Shown: positions 37,357 through 46,443 of the stretch, piece after piece
Layout of the letters: each line of letters starts with the position of its first letter
Numbering within the stretch: the stretch's first letter is position 1
Origin: Chloroflexota bacterium
GTDB lineage: Bacteria > Chloroflexota > Limnocylindria > Limnocylindrales > CSP1-4
Assembly (NCBI GenBank): GCA_037446495.1
Contig: JBBIIL010000003.1
Coordinates: forward strand, 10,757-74,756
DNA: 64,000 nt
Direction: 5' to 3'
Position numbers and translations under genes: made by a program
The notes under the pieces: model-generated
The model's input: the letters and a program-made list of their open reading frames with translations, nothing else
Told to the model about the DNA's origin: nothing
Database searches by the model: none

Positions 37357-38433
37357 CTGCGTTCCCCCGGCAACGGCCGAACGGTCGCTCGCCCTGCGGA
37401 CCCAGCCGCGGGCGACCAGCACCTCCGCGATCTCGACCGCGTTGGACGCGGCGCCCTTGCGCAGGTTGTCGGACACCACCCAGAACGCGAGCCCCCTGTT
37501 GTCGGGGATCGACGGGTCCTGCCGAACGCGACCCACGAACACCAGGTCCGAGCCCGCAGCGTGCTCGGCGAGCGGGTAGACCTTGTTCGCGGGGTCGTCC
37601 TGGACCACCACGCCCTCGACCCGCGCGAACAGCCCGCGGGCCTGATCCGGCGTGATCGGCGCCCGAGTCTCGATGTGGACCGCCTCGGAGTGGCTCATGA
37701 ACACCGGCACGCGCACGGCCGTGCACGAGACCCGCAGCTCGGGCAGGTGCAGGATCTTGCGGCTCTCGGTGACGACCTTCCACTCCTCCTTGGTGTACCC
37801 GTTGTCGAGGAACACGTCGATGTGCGGCAGGGCGTTGAAGCCGATGTTGTACGGGTAGACGTTCGCGACCTTGGGGCGGCCCTCGGCGTGCGCCCTGACC
37901 TGCTCCTCGAGCTCCACGATCGCCTTGTGCCCGGTGCCCGACACGGCCTGGTACGTGTCCACCACCATGCGCTCGATGCCCACGGCGTCCCGCAGGGCCA
38001 TCAGCGGCGGCATCAGCTGCATCGTCGAGCAGTTGGGGTTCGCGATGATCCCCTCGTGCCAGGCCAGGTCGTCCGGGTTGACCTGGCTGACGACGAGCGG
38101 CACATCGGGGTCCATCCGCCAGGCGGACGAGTTGTCGACGACGGTGCAGCCGCGCCTCGCCGCCTCGGGGGCCAGCTCCGCGCTGGTACCGCCTCCGGCG
38201 CTGAACAGCGCGATGTCGATGCCCTCGAACACCTCCGGGGTGGCCAGCTCGACGGCGATCTCGCCCCACCCCGGCACGACCATGGTCGTGCCGACCGAGC
38301 GCTCCGATGCGAGCAGACGAAGCTCGGTCATCGGGAACTGCTTCTCGAGCAGCACCTTGGTCATGGTGCGGCCCACGGCGCCGGTGGCGCCGACGATGGC
38401 GACGACGAGCTTGGCGGGGCTGGTTTCAGGCAC
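37351..38433 (-). CDS. asd: aspartate-semialdehyde dehydrogenase
   Basis: KLVVAIVGATGAVGRTM...SQVNPDDLAWHEGIIANPNCSTMQLMPPL...SGTGHKAI. GTG start with a GAAGG RBS. The maximal ORF extends upstream as Arg-rich non-coding sequence. Confidence 0.9.
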   Translation of the reverse strand: MPETSPAKLVVAIVGATGAVGRTMTKVLLEKQFPMTELRLLASERSVGTTMVVPGWGEIAVELATPEVFEGIDIALFSAGGGTSAELAPEAARRGCTVVDNSSAWRMDPDVPLVVSQVNPDDLAWHEGIIANPNCSTMQLMPPLMALRDAVGIERMVVDTYQAVSGTGHKAIVELEEQVRAHAEGRPKVANVYPYNIGFNALPHIDVFLDNGYTKEEWKVVTESRKILHLPELRVSCTAVRVPVFMSHSEAVHIETRAPITPDQARGLFARVEGVVVQDDPANKVYPLAEHAAGSDLVFVGRVRQDPSIPDNRGLAFWVVSDNLRKGAASNAVEIAEVLVARGWVRRASDRSAVAGGTQA

Positions 38434-38516
38434 GGTCCGACCTTCTAGCTGCGGGTTGTCGGGCACGGCGGCAGTATACCAGCGTGCCCTCCGCTCCCCG
38501 GGCCTGCCGCCTGCCG

Positions 38517-39500
38517 TCACGCCTCGAGCTGGCCAAGGCCCAGGTCGGCGGCGAGACCCGCGCAGACCTCCTCGGCGATATCGATGAACGCAAGCGTGGC
38601 GGGCGAGCGGTACCGGTCGCGGTGCCACACGAGCGCCACGCGCCGGGGCTCGAGGTCGGTTGGCAGGACGCGGATTGACGGGTCGCCCTGGTCGACGGTC
38701 AGGAGGGGCACCACCGCAACGCCCAGCCCGGCCGCGGCCATCGCCTGGATGGTGCCGTTGTCCTCCGACCGGAACACGAAGTCCGGCTCGTGACCGGTCT
38801 CGCGCAGGCGCTCCTCGGCGAACCGGGTGCTGCGGCACGTCCGGAAGCCGATCAGCTTCTGCTCGGCGATCATCGCGATGGTGGGCCGGTCGCCCAGGGC
38901 CAGCAGCGGCGCGTCGGGCCGCGCCACCACGACGAACGGGTCCCTCAGCAGCTCGATGCCCTCGAACGGTCCGGGCGGCAGTGGGAAGATGCCGAAGGCG
39001 AGCTCGACGGTGCCGTCGGCGATCAGCCCGAGGCCCGCGTCGTCGCTCAACACCTCGGTCATGTTGACGCGGATGCCGGGCCACGCCTGGCCGAAGCGAC
39101 CGAGAACCGCGGGCAGCGCCTTCGCCCCGACGCTCTGGAACACCGCGACGCGCAGCGTGCCCGTCTCCCCCGCTGCGTACGAGGTCAGGTCTGCGCGCGC
39201 CGCCTGCAGGCGATCGGCGATCGGGTCCACGTGCCGGAGGAGCAGGCGCCCGGCCTCGGTCAGGGACACGGTGCGTCGACCGCGGCCGCGGTCGAACAGC
39301 CGCAGGCCGAGGGCCGTCTCGAGGGCGGCGACGTGCTGGCTCACCGCCGACTGCGTGTAGTCGAGCGCGTCCGCCGCACCGTGGAATGAACCCTCCTGGG
39401 CCACGGCCCGGAAGCTGAGGAGCTGGCGGAGGCTGAAGTCCGCGAGGGCGTCAGGCAGCGCTCGGGCTTGGGCGATGTCCGAACCTTGATCATCGATCAT
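38517..39500 (-). CDS. LysR-family transcriptional regulator
   Basis: HTH LRQLLSFRAVAQEGSFHGAADALDYTQSAVSQHVAALETALGLRLFDR, followed by a LysR substrate-binding domain. Confidence 0.85.
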   Translation of the reverse strand: MIDDQGSDIAQARALPDALADFSLRQLLSFRAVAQEGSFHGAADALDYTQSAVSQHVAALETALGLRLFDRGRGRRTVSLTEAGRLLLRHVDPIADRLQAARADLTSYAAGETGTLRVAVFQSVGAKALPAVLGRFGQAWPGIRVNMTEVLSDDAGLGLIADGTVELAFGIFPLPPGPFEGIELLRDPFVVVARPDAPLLALGDRPTIAMIAEQKLIGFRTCRSTRFAEERLRETGHEPDFVFRSEDNGTIQAMAAAGLGVAVVPLLTVDQGDPSIRVLPTDLEPRRVALVWHRDRYRSPATLAFIDIAEEVCAGLAADLGLGQLEA

Positions 39501-39548
39501 GATGTTTCATTGCACCACATGCGATTGCTCTTATCAACTCTACCTCGC

Positions 39549-39665
39549 ATGATGGCGGGCATGGAACTCCTCGTCCCCACCCTGATCATCATCCTCATCG
39601 CCATCCTGGCCCAGGCCGCCGGCGCCGATAGCCGAGACCTGTACCCCGACTGTCACCTCGCCTGA
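39549..39665 (+). CDS. possible small hydrophobic peptide (about 38 aa)
   Basis: MMAGMELLVPTLIIILIAILAQAAGADSRDLYPDCHLA. Divergent from lysR and adjacent to the left direct repeat of the pnp-3'-end insertion. Confidence 0.25.
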   Translation: MMAGMELLVPTLIIILIAILAQAAGADSRDLYPDCHLA

Positions 39666-39748
39666 CTGCCGCATGGACAACGCCCCCGGCGCCGCGAGGC
39701 CCGCCGTCACCGACGGGCCCCTCGCGGAGGCGCTGCTCTCGCGCGCCG

Positions 39749-39874
39749 CTACTTCCCCGGGTGGCGCTCAATCGCGGCCTTGCGGGACAGGTTCACGCGG
39801 TCCTGGCGGTGGATCTCCGTGACCACCACACAGTCCTTGGTGACCGTGCCGCCGATAGAGCCGAAGGAGCGACC
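39749..39874 (-). pseudogene. orphan 3'-end fragment of pnp (S1-domain C-terminus), duplicated copy
   Basis: The minus-strand frame immediately after the oxidoreductase stop reads [41 protein letters not shown], versus the PNPase C-terminus [34 protein letters not shown]. DNA identity of about 80% continues 43 bp beyond the stop on both copies. Confidence 0.75.
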
Positions 39875-41284
39875 TCAGTTGACTGCTGCCGGCCGGATGT
39901 TCTGGTTCAGGTGGAACGTGTTGTTGGGGTCCAGCCGACGCTTGAGTTGTGCCAGCCGCGCATAGGTCGCGGACCCATAGGCGTCGCGGATCCGGTCGTC
40001 GCCCTCTGAGCCGAGGAAGTTCACGTAGACACCGTCGGTCCACGGAGCCATGGCGCTGAAGGCACCCCGCGCCCACGCGATCCCCGCCTCGTCGTCGGCG
40101 GCCCGGTCCCACGTGCCGATGATGTTGAGCGTGAACGCTGCGTCTCGATGTGCGAAGGCCGTCGCCTCCCGCTCGACTCGGCCGACCGCGCCGCCCATCT
40201 GATGAAGGTGCAGCTGCCCGAATGGGACGGGCTTCCGGTCCGACCACTCCACCAGAGTCGTGAGGAACTCGGACTCGAGGGATCGGAGGTATCCGGACTT
40301 CCAGTACTGCCGCTGGCCGGCCGGCGCCGTCGGGTCGAGCATCGTCTGGAGCGCGTTGTAGGGCAACGGCCCGAGCAGGTCGGCGCTAGGCTCGAGCGCC
40401 TTGAGCGGCCGCAGCGCACGCTCGCCCACGGCTGCGTCGCCCGCATGGCAGGCCGCGATCGCGACCGCCGGACGCCCCTGGAGATCAGCCGGCACGAACG
40501 GCGCCGGCGGCGCGGTGATCAGGGCCGCGAGCAGCGTGAGATCGTCGTCAGCGGAAGCCGACAGATCGCGGAACGCCTCGAGGACCTCAGCCGTCCGCGC
40601 GGCCGGGAAGATCGCCATGCCGCCAGTCACCGTGGTCACGGGGTGGACGCGGAACGTCATCGACGTGACGACCCCGAAGTTGCCGCCGCCGCCGCGAAGA
40701 CCCCACAGAAGGTCCGGGTCCCCGTCCGCACCTGCCCGGACGACGGTTCCGTCCGCAGTCACCACCTCTGCGCCGACGAGGTTGTCGCAGGCGAGCCCAT
40801 GGCGACGCTGCAGCCACCCGATTCCGCCGCCGAGGGTGAAGCCGGCCACGCCGGTCGTGGAGACCAGACCGCCGGTCGTGTGGAGCCCGGCGTCCGCGAG
40901 CGCGGCGTCGAATGAGCCCCAGGTGTGACCTCCTCCGATCCGCGCGACACCGGCAGCCGGGTTCAGGTCCACGGACCGCATCGATGACACGTCGAGCACG
41001 AGCCCGTTGTCACAGGTCCCGAACCCGGCGACGTTGTGGCCGCCGGATCGCACGGAGATCTCGAGCCCGGCCTCCCGGGCGAACCGGATGCCCGCCGCGA
41101 CGTCCGCGTTCGAGGCACATCGCAGGATTGCGGCCGGGTACCGATCGATCATCCCGTTCCAGACGCGTCGCGCGTCGCCGTACTCCGGGTCGCTCGGCCG
41201 TACGAAGCTCCCGGAGACCTTAGCAGCAAGGGTGGCCAGGGCACCTTCGGGCAGGTCTCGGCTGGTCGTTTCGCGATCGGACAT
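39875..41284 (-). CDS. FAD-binding oxidoreductase (BBE/GlcD-like FAD-linked oxidase)
   Basis: FAD-binding PCMH domain: ILRCASNADVAAGIRFAREAGLEISVRSGGHNVAGF...GVAGFTLGGGIGWLQRRHGLACDNLVGAEVVTADG. C-terminal BBE-like region. Confidence 0.85.
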   Translation of the reverse strand: MSDRETTSRDLPEGALATLAAKVSGSFVRPSDPEYGDARRVWNGMIDRYPAAILRCASNADVAAGIRFAREAGLEISVRSGGHNVAGFGTCDNGLVLDVSSMRSVDLNPAAGVARIGGGHTWGSFDAALADAGLHTTGGLVSTTGVAGFTLGGGIGWLQRRHGLACDNLVGAEVVTADGTVVRAGADGDPDLLWGLRGGGGNFGVVTSMTFRVHPVTTVTGGMAIFPAARTAEVLEAFRDLSASADDDLTLLAALITAPPAPFVPADLQGRPAVAIAACHAGDAAVGERALRPLKALEPSADLLGPLPYNALQTMLDPTAPAGQRQYWKSGYLRSLESEFLTTLVEWSDRKPVPFGQLHLHQMGGAVGRVEREATAFAHRDAAFTLNIIGTWDRAADDEAGIAWARGAFSAMAPWTDGVYVNFLGSEGDDRIRDAYGSATYARLAQLKRRLDPNNTFHLNQNIRPAAVN

Positions 41285-41394
41285 CGTGTCGCTCCTTCAC
41301 TCCGGCTGATCGGTGTTCGCTCACCTCCGACGATGCGGCCCAAGGGCCGCGCCCGTCAGCGACCTTGGCTTCGGGAGCGGGGAACCTTTGCTCC

Positions 41395-42162
41395 TCAGGG
41401 CGTCGTCGGCCACGACTCCTCGTGCAGGCGTTCCGGCGCCAGCAGGACGACGCCGTCGCGTCCCGTCTCGACCAGGCCCGCGGTCCGGAGGTCGCGGAGC
41501 ACCCGGACGACAACCTCCCGACTCGTCCCGACGGCGTCGGCGAGGGCCGCCTGCGAGATCCGCGCAACGAGGCGACCCGAACCTCGGCCTGGCTGGGCGA
41601 TGTCGAGCAGGTGTCGCGCGACCTTCTGGCGGAGCCCCGAGAAGGTGCTCCCCACGAGCTCGCCCTGGTACGCGATGATGCGGTCCGAGAGTTCGGCCAA
41701 CAGGGCGACGGCGATCGCTGGATCCGTCGTCGAGAGCTCGCGCGCACGGCCAGGGCGAAGCGCCAAGACTCGCGTGTCGCGGAGCGCCACCGCCGCGACA
41801 ACATTCGGAAGCTCCGAGAACAGCGACCCGAAGCCGAGCTGCGCCCCGCCCCGCGCGTAGCGGATCGTCGCCTGTCGTCCGTCGGGTGATGACGCGACGA
41901 TCCTCACGAGGCCGTTGACCAGCAACATGGCGAATGGCGGCCCGCCCTCCGGATGGATGACACCGCCGGCAGGCACGACGTAGTCGAGGGCATCGTCGAG
42001 GAGTTGGACGAGCGACGCCATCGGCGCGCGGCCGAGGAACGACAGCCGCACGGCCGCTGCGATCTCCGGGTCATCGAGCGGCGCACGTGACAGCTTCGCG
42101 TCGGGCTGCGGATTCGGTCCGCTCATCGCCGGGTCGGTCGAGTTTCGGATCCTCGATTCCAT
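41395..42162 (-). CDS. Crp/Fnr-family transcriptional regulator
   Basis: cNMP-binding-like N-domain. C-terminal HTH RISQAALADAVGTSREVVVRVLRDLRTAGLV. Confidence 0.8.
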   Translation of the reverse strand: MESRIRNSTDPAMSGPNPQPDAKLSRAPLDDPEIAAAVRLSFLGRAPMASLVQLLDDALDYVVPAGGVIHPEGGPPFAMLLVNGLVRIVASSPDGRQATIRYARGGAQLGFGSLFSELPNVVAAVALRDTRVLALRPGRARELSTTDPAIAVALLAELSDRIIAYQGELVGSTFSGLRQKVARHLLDIAQPGRGSGRLVARISQAALADAVGTSREVVVRVLRDLRTAGLVETGRDGVVLLAPERLHEESWPTTP

Positions 42163-42241
42163 GCGCGAGAGGGTACGGCAGGAATCGAAAGGCCCGGCGT
42201 CACCGCCGGGCCCCTCGCGGGTGCGCTTGGTGAGCGCGCTG

Positions 42242-44821
42242 CTACTTCGCCAGGTGGCGCTGCATCGCGGCCTTGCGGGAGAGGTTGACGCGGCCCTGGC
42301 GGTCGATCTCGGTGACCACCACCATGACCTCGTCGCCCACCGACACGACGTCCTCGACGGACGGCACGTGGTAGTCGGCGAGCTCGCTGATCCGGACGAG
42401 GCCCTCCTTGCCCGGCAGGATCTCGACGAAGCAGCCGAAGGTCATCAGCCGGGTGACCTTGCCCAGGTACAGCGATCCCACCTCGACCTCGCGGGTGAGG
42501 CTCTCGATCCAGGTGACCGCCTTGCGCGAGTTCTCGCCGGAGACGGCCGCGATCTCCACGGTGCCGTCGTCCTCGACGTTGATCTCGGTGCCGGTCTCCT
42601 CCTGGATCTTGCGGATCATCGAGCCGCCCTTGCCGATGATCTCGCGGATCTTCTCGGGGTTGATCTTGATGGTGATGATGCGCGGCGCGAAGTCGCTCAT
42701 CGTCTCGCGGGCGGTCGGCAGGACCGCGGTCATCCGCTCAAGGATGAACAGGCGGGCGGCGAGTGCCTGCTTGAGGCCCTCGCGGATGACCCGCTCGTCG
42801 ATGCCCTTGACCTTGATGTCCATCTGGAGGGCGGTGATGCCCTCCGTGGTGCCGGTCACCTTGAAGTCCATGTCGCCGATCGAGTCCTCCTTGCCGAGGA
42901 TGTCGGTCAGCACGATGAAGTTACCGGTGTCCCCATCCATGACCAGGCCCATGGCCGCGCCGGCCACCGGCGCCTTGATCGGCACGCCCGCGTCCATCAG
43001 GGCGAGGGTGGACCCGCAGGTCGAGGCCATCGAGGTGGAGCCGTTGCCGGCCACGACCTCTGAGACGAGGCGGATCGTGTACGGGAACTCGTCGTGGCTC
43101 GGCAGGACCGGCAGGAGCGCCCGGCCGGCGAGGTTGCCGTGGCCGATGTCCCGGCGGGACGGGCCGCGCATGGGCTTGTTCTCGCCCGTGCTGTACGGCG
43201 GGAAGTTGTAGTGGTGGAGGTACCGCTTCTCGGTCTCGGGGCTGATCGTGTCGATCCGCTGCACATCCGAGGACGGGCCGAGCGTGGCGACGGTCAGCGC
43301 CTGGGTCTGGCCGCGGGTGAACAGGCCGGAGCCGTGCGCACGGGGCAGGAGGCCGACCTCGACCGAGATCGGGCGGATCTCGTCGATGGCGCGGCCGTCC
43401 ATGCGGATGCCCTCGGCGAGGACGACCTTGCGGACGGTCTTCTTCTGGACGAGCCCGAAGAGACCCTTGCTGACGCGGGCGTTCCGGCGGGCGGCCTCGA
43501 TGAGCCGGGCCGACTCGTCCTTGTCCGTGCGGGTGGCGCGGATCCCGTCGGCGATGCCGGCGGAGAGCGTGTCCAGACGGGCGGGCAGGTCGTTGCCGAA
43601 CCAGATCAGCAGGTTCGCGGTCGCCTCGGCGTCCGGCAGCGCACGGTGGCTCTGCGAGAGCTCGATGCCGAAGTACGCGGCGAGCGTGCCCAGCTTGTAG
43701 TTCTCGAGGTCCGGGTAGCCCTCCCGGGCGATCACGAACGTGTCCAGGTAGTTGCCCTGCGACACCTTGGCGCCCAGGGCCTCCTCGATGAAGCCGAGGT
43801 CGAACCCCACGCTGTGGCCGACGAACGGAGCGACGCCGACGAAGTCCGCGATCTTGCGCGCGGCCTCAGCCGGGCTCGGGGCGCCCTTGACGTCCTTGTC
43901 GCTGATGCCGTGCATCTGGTGGCCGACGATGGCGCGGCCCGGGTTGACGAGCGATGACCACCTGTCGGTGATCTTGCCGCCCTTGACACGCACGGCCGCG
44001 ACCTCGACGAGGTCCGCCATCTTGGGGTCCGTGCCGGTGGTCTCGACGTCCACGACCACGAACTCGCCGCCGGCCTTGGCCAGCTCGACGAACCGCAGGA
44101 CGGAGTTCGTCTGCGGCTCGATGTACGGCACGCGCTTGGCCTTGCCGACGAGCTCGCGCAGCTTCTCCTGGATCTCGACGATCGGCTGGAGCGAGCGCTG
44201 CGCGAACAGGATGGCCTCGGCCATCACGTCCTCGGGCAGGATCTTGACGCCCGCCTCCACCATCATGATCGCGTCGCGGGTGCCCGAGACGACGAGGTCG
44301 AGCTCGGACTCGGCGAGCTGGCTGATGGTCGGGTTGATCACGAACTCGCCGTCGATCCGCCCGATGCGAATCGCCGCGACCGGACCCTGGAACGGGATCT
44401 CGCTGATCGACAGCGCTGCGGACGCGGCGATGGTGCCCAGGACGTCCGGATCGTTCTCCTGGTCCGTCGACATGACGGTGATCACGATCTGGATGTCGTC
44501 CTTGTACCCCTCGGGGAACAGCGGGCGGATTGGCCGGTCGGTCAGGCGAGCGGCGAGGATGGCCTGCTCGGACGCGCGGCCCTCGCGCTTGATGAATCCG
44601 CCCGGGATCTTCCCGGCGGCGTACATGCGCTCCTCGAAGTCAACGGTGAGCGGGAAGAAGTCCAGGCCGGGGCGGGGCTCGCTCCGGTTGGCGGTGCCGA
44701 GGACGAGGGTGTCCCCGTAGCGGACGGTGACGGCGCCGCCAGCGAGGCCGGCGAGCTTGCCGGTCTCGAGCGTGAGGGTGCGTCCGCCGAGCTCGATCGC
44801 GAGCGTTGTGGGTGTGGGCAC
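42242..44821 (-). CDS. pnp: polyribonucleotide nucleotidyltransferase (PNPase) with an inserted DEDDh 3'-5' exonuclease domain
   Basis: 859 aa versus about 700-740 typical. RNase PH-1, KH ([17 protein letters not shown]) and S1 ([20 protein letters not shown]) domains are all present. Residues about 252-410 carry DnaQ-like motifs: Exo I [10 protein letters not shown], Exo II [12 protein letters not shown], Exo III [15 protein letters not shown]. They are inserted within the alpha-helical domain, before the ...[26 protein letters not shown] stretch. Confidence 0.9.
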   Translation of the reverse strand: [859 protein letters not shown]

Positions 44822-44951
44822 AGGAATGCGACCTCCTTGGTCGTCGTTCGGGAGCAGGGTCCCTGGGCGGGTGGGCCGAGATGGTCCGCTTGCTGGTGTC
44901 TCGCCGGTAGCAAGCGACCCCGGGGCGGACCCGGGGTCGAGGCGGCGACGA
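44822..44951 (-). promoter_or_regulatory. rpsO-pnp intergenic leader with two hairpins (rpsO terminator / pnp autoregulatory leader candidate)
   Basis: On the transcribed strand: gaccccgggtccgccccggggtc, then cgcttgctaccggcgagacaccagcaagcg, then AAGGAGG and a GTG start. Stable stems were found by eye. Confidence 0.45.
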
Positions 44952-45221
44952 TTAGCGGCGGAGTCCGAGCGAGCCGATCACGGCCCGGTAGCGCGTCGCG
45001 TCCTTCTTGATGAGGTACGCGAGCAGGCGCCGGCGCTGACCCACGAGCTTGAGGAGGCCGCGGCGCGAATGGTTGTCCTTCGGGAAGCGGCGGAGGTGCT
45101 CGTTCAGGTCCCGGATCCGCTCGGTGAGGAGCGCGATCTGGACCTCGGGCGAACCCGTGTCGCCGTCTTTGACGGCGTACTCGGTGATGACCTCTTGCTT
45201 CTTCTCCCGCGCGAGCGGCAC
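44952..45221 (-). CDS. rpsO: 30S ribosomal protein S15
   Basis: [70 protein letters not shown] matches S15. GTG start with a GGAGGA RBS. The upstream part of the 207-aa maximal ORF is non-coding. Confidence 0.9.
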   Translation of the reverse strand: MPLAREKKQEVITEYAVKDGDTGSPEVQIALLTERIRDLNEHLRRFPKDNHSRRGLLKLVGQRRRLLAYLIKKDATRYRAVIGSLGLRR

Positions 45222-45457
45222 TCGATCCTCCGACACGAACGATGGCGTGGCTAAACAGTGTCTTCTTCTTCGACCGGCGGAGAATAGCAGGATGGCGCCA
45301 GATCCGACAAATCGCGGGTCGAGGGGCGGGTGCCCGTCGCCTCCCGAGCTGGGGCCGTCTCGATCCGGACCTGCGGTCGGCCGGGCGATCATCGCGCCCC
45401 TCCATCCGCGCGCCGCCGACGCCGCGGCGCGCGGCGCGCCTTCCTGTCGGCGGCCGC

Positions 45458-46443
45458 TCAGCCCCCCGCCGCGAATAGCCGCTCGATGGCCCGCGCGTTC
45501 GCCACAGCGTCCGCAGGCGGGACCGGCGGCGGCGATCCCGCTAGGACCGCGGCCGCGAAGGCGTCCGCCTCGCACGCGTACGGGTCCGCGGGGGCGAACT
45601 CGATGACGTCCGTCGCCGGGTCCACCGGCGGGTCGCCGCCCTGGGTCACGAAGATCCGCGTGGGACGGTCAGGCGGGATGTTGAACGGGATCTCGATCGA
45701 CGCCCGCCCCTCGGTCCCGTACACGTCGACCCGCTGGTCCGACTCGACGCGGGTGGCGCAGGTGAACGAGGCCAGGCCCGACGAGAAGGCCAGCGTCCCG
45801 CTCGTGAGGATGTCCACGCCCGACGTCGGGTCCCGGACGATCGTCGCCGCCACCGAGGCAGGCTCCTCAGCGAACAGCATCCGCGAGAGGTTGACGGCGT
45901 AGCAGCCGATGTCGTAGAGGGCGCCGCCCCCGTCTGCGAGGACGTTGCGAATGTTCGCCGGGTCGTCGTTGAAGTAGGAGAACCAGCTGTCCACCGCGGA
46001 GAGCCGGCCGATCCGGCCCGACGCGACGACCTCACGCAGCGCGATCCAGCTGGGGTGGTGACGGTACATGAACGCCTCCATCAGGAGCCGTCCCGCCGCA
46101 TCGGCCGCGGCGAACATGCGCTCGGCGTCGGCTGCCGTGAGGGCTATCGGCTTCTCGCACAGGACGTGCTTGCCTGCCTGGAGGGCCCTGATCGTCCACG
46201 CCGTGTGCAGGTGGTTGGGCAGGGGGATGTAGACCGCGTCCACCGCAGGGTCGGCCAGGAGGGCCTCGTACGAGCCGTGCCACCGCGGGATCCCATGCCG
46301 GCCGGCGGCGGCGCGCGCGGACTCGTCCGAGCGCGACGCAATCGCAACAAGCTCGCCCAGCTGCGAGCGGCGGAGCCCGGGAATGACCTTCTCGGTGGCG
46401 ATCTTCGCCGTCGAGAGAACCCCCCACCGGATCTTGTCCATGC
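45458..46443 (-). CDS. Gfo/Idh/MocA-family NAD(P)-dependent oxidoreductase
   Basis: [23 protein letters not shown]...[31 protein letters not shown] is the Gfo/Idh/MocA N-terminal Rossmann motif and consensus. Confidence 0.85.

Noticed and set aside
36584-38269. A 561-aa fusion protein spanning the udg and asd regions.
   Set aside because: The N-terminal 300 aa of this maximal ORF are Arg/Gly-rich and overlap the well-supported asd gene in another frame. The UDG similarity begins only at the internal GTG that overlaps the asd stop, so the real gene is 36584..37356.
43592-44068. An intein or a separate exonuclease gene inside pnp.
   Set aside because: There are no intein splice-junction motifs (Cys/Ser at N-terminus, HN-C/S/T at C-terminus). 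There is no internal stop or start with an RBS. The frame is continuous with PNPase sequence on both sides. I therefore interpret it as an in-frame domain insertion.
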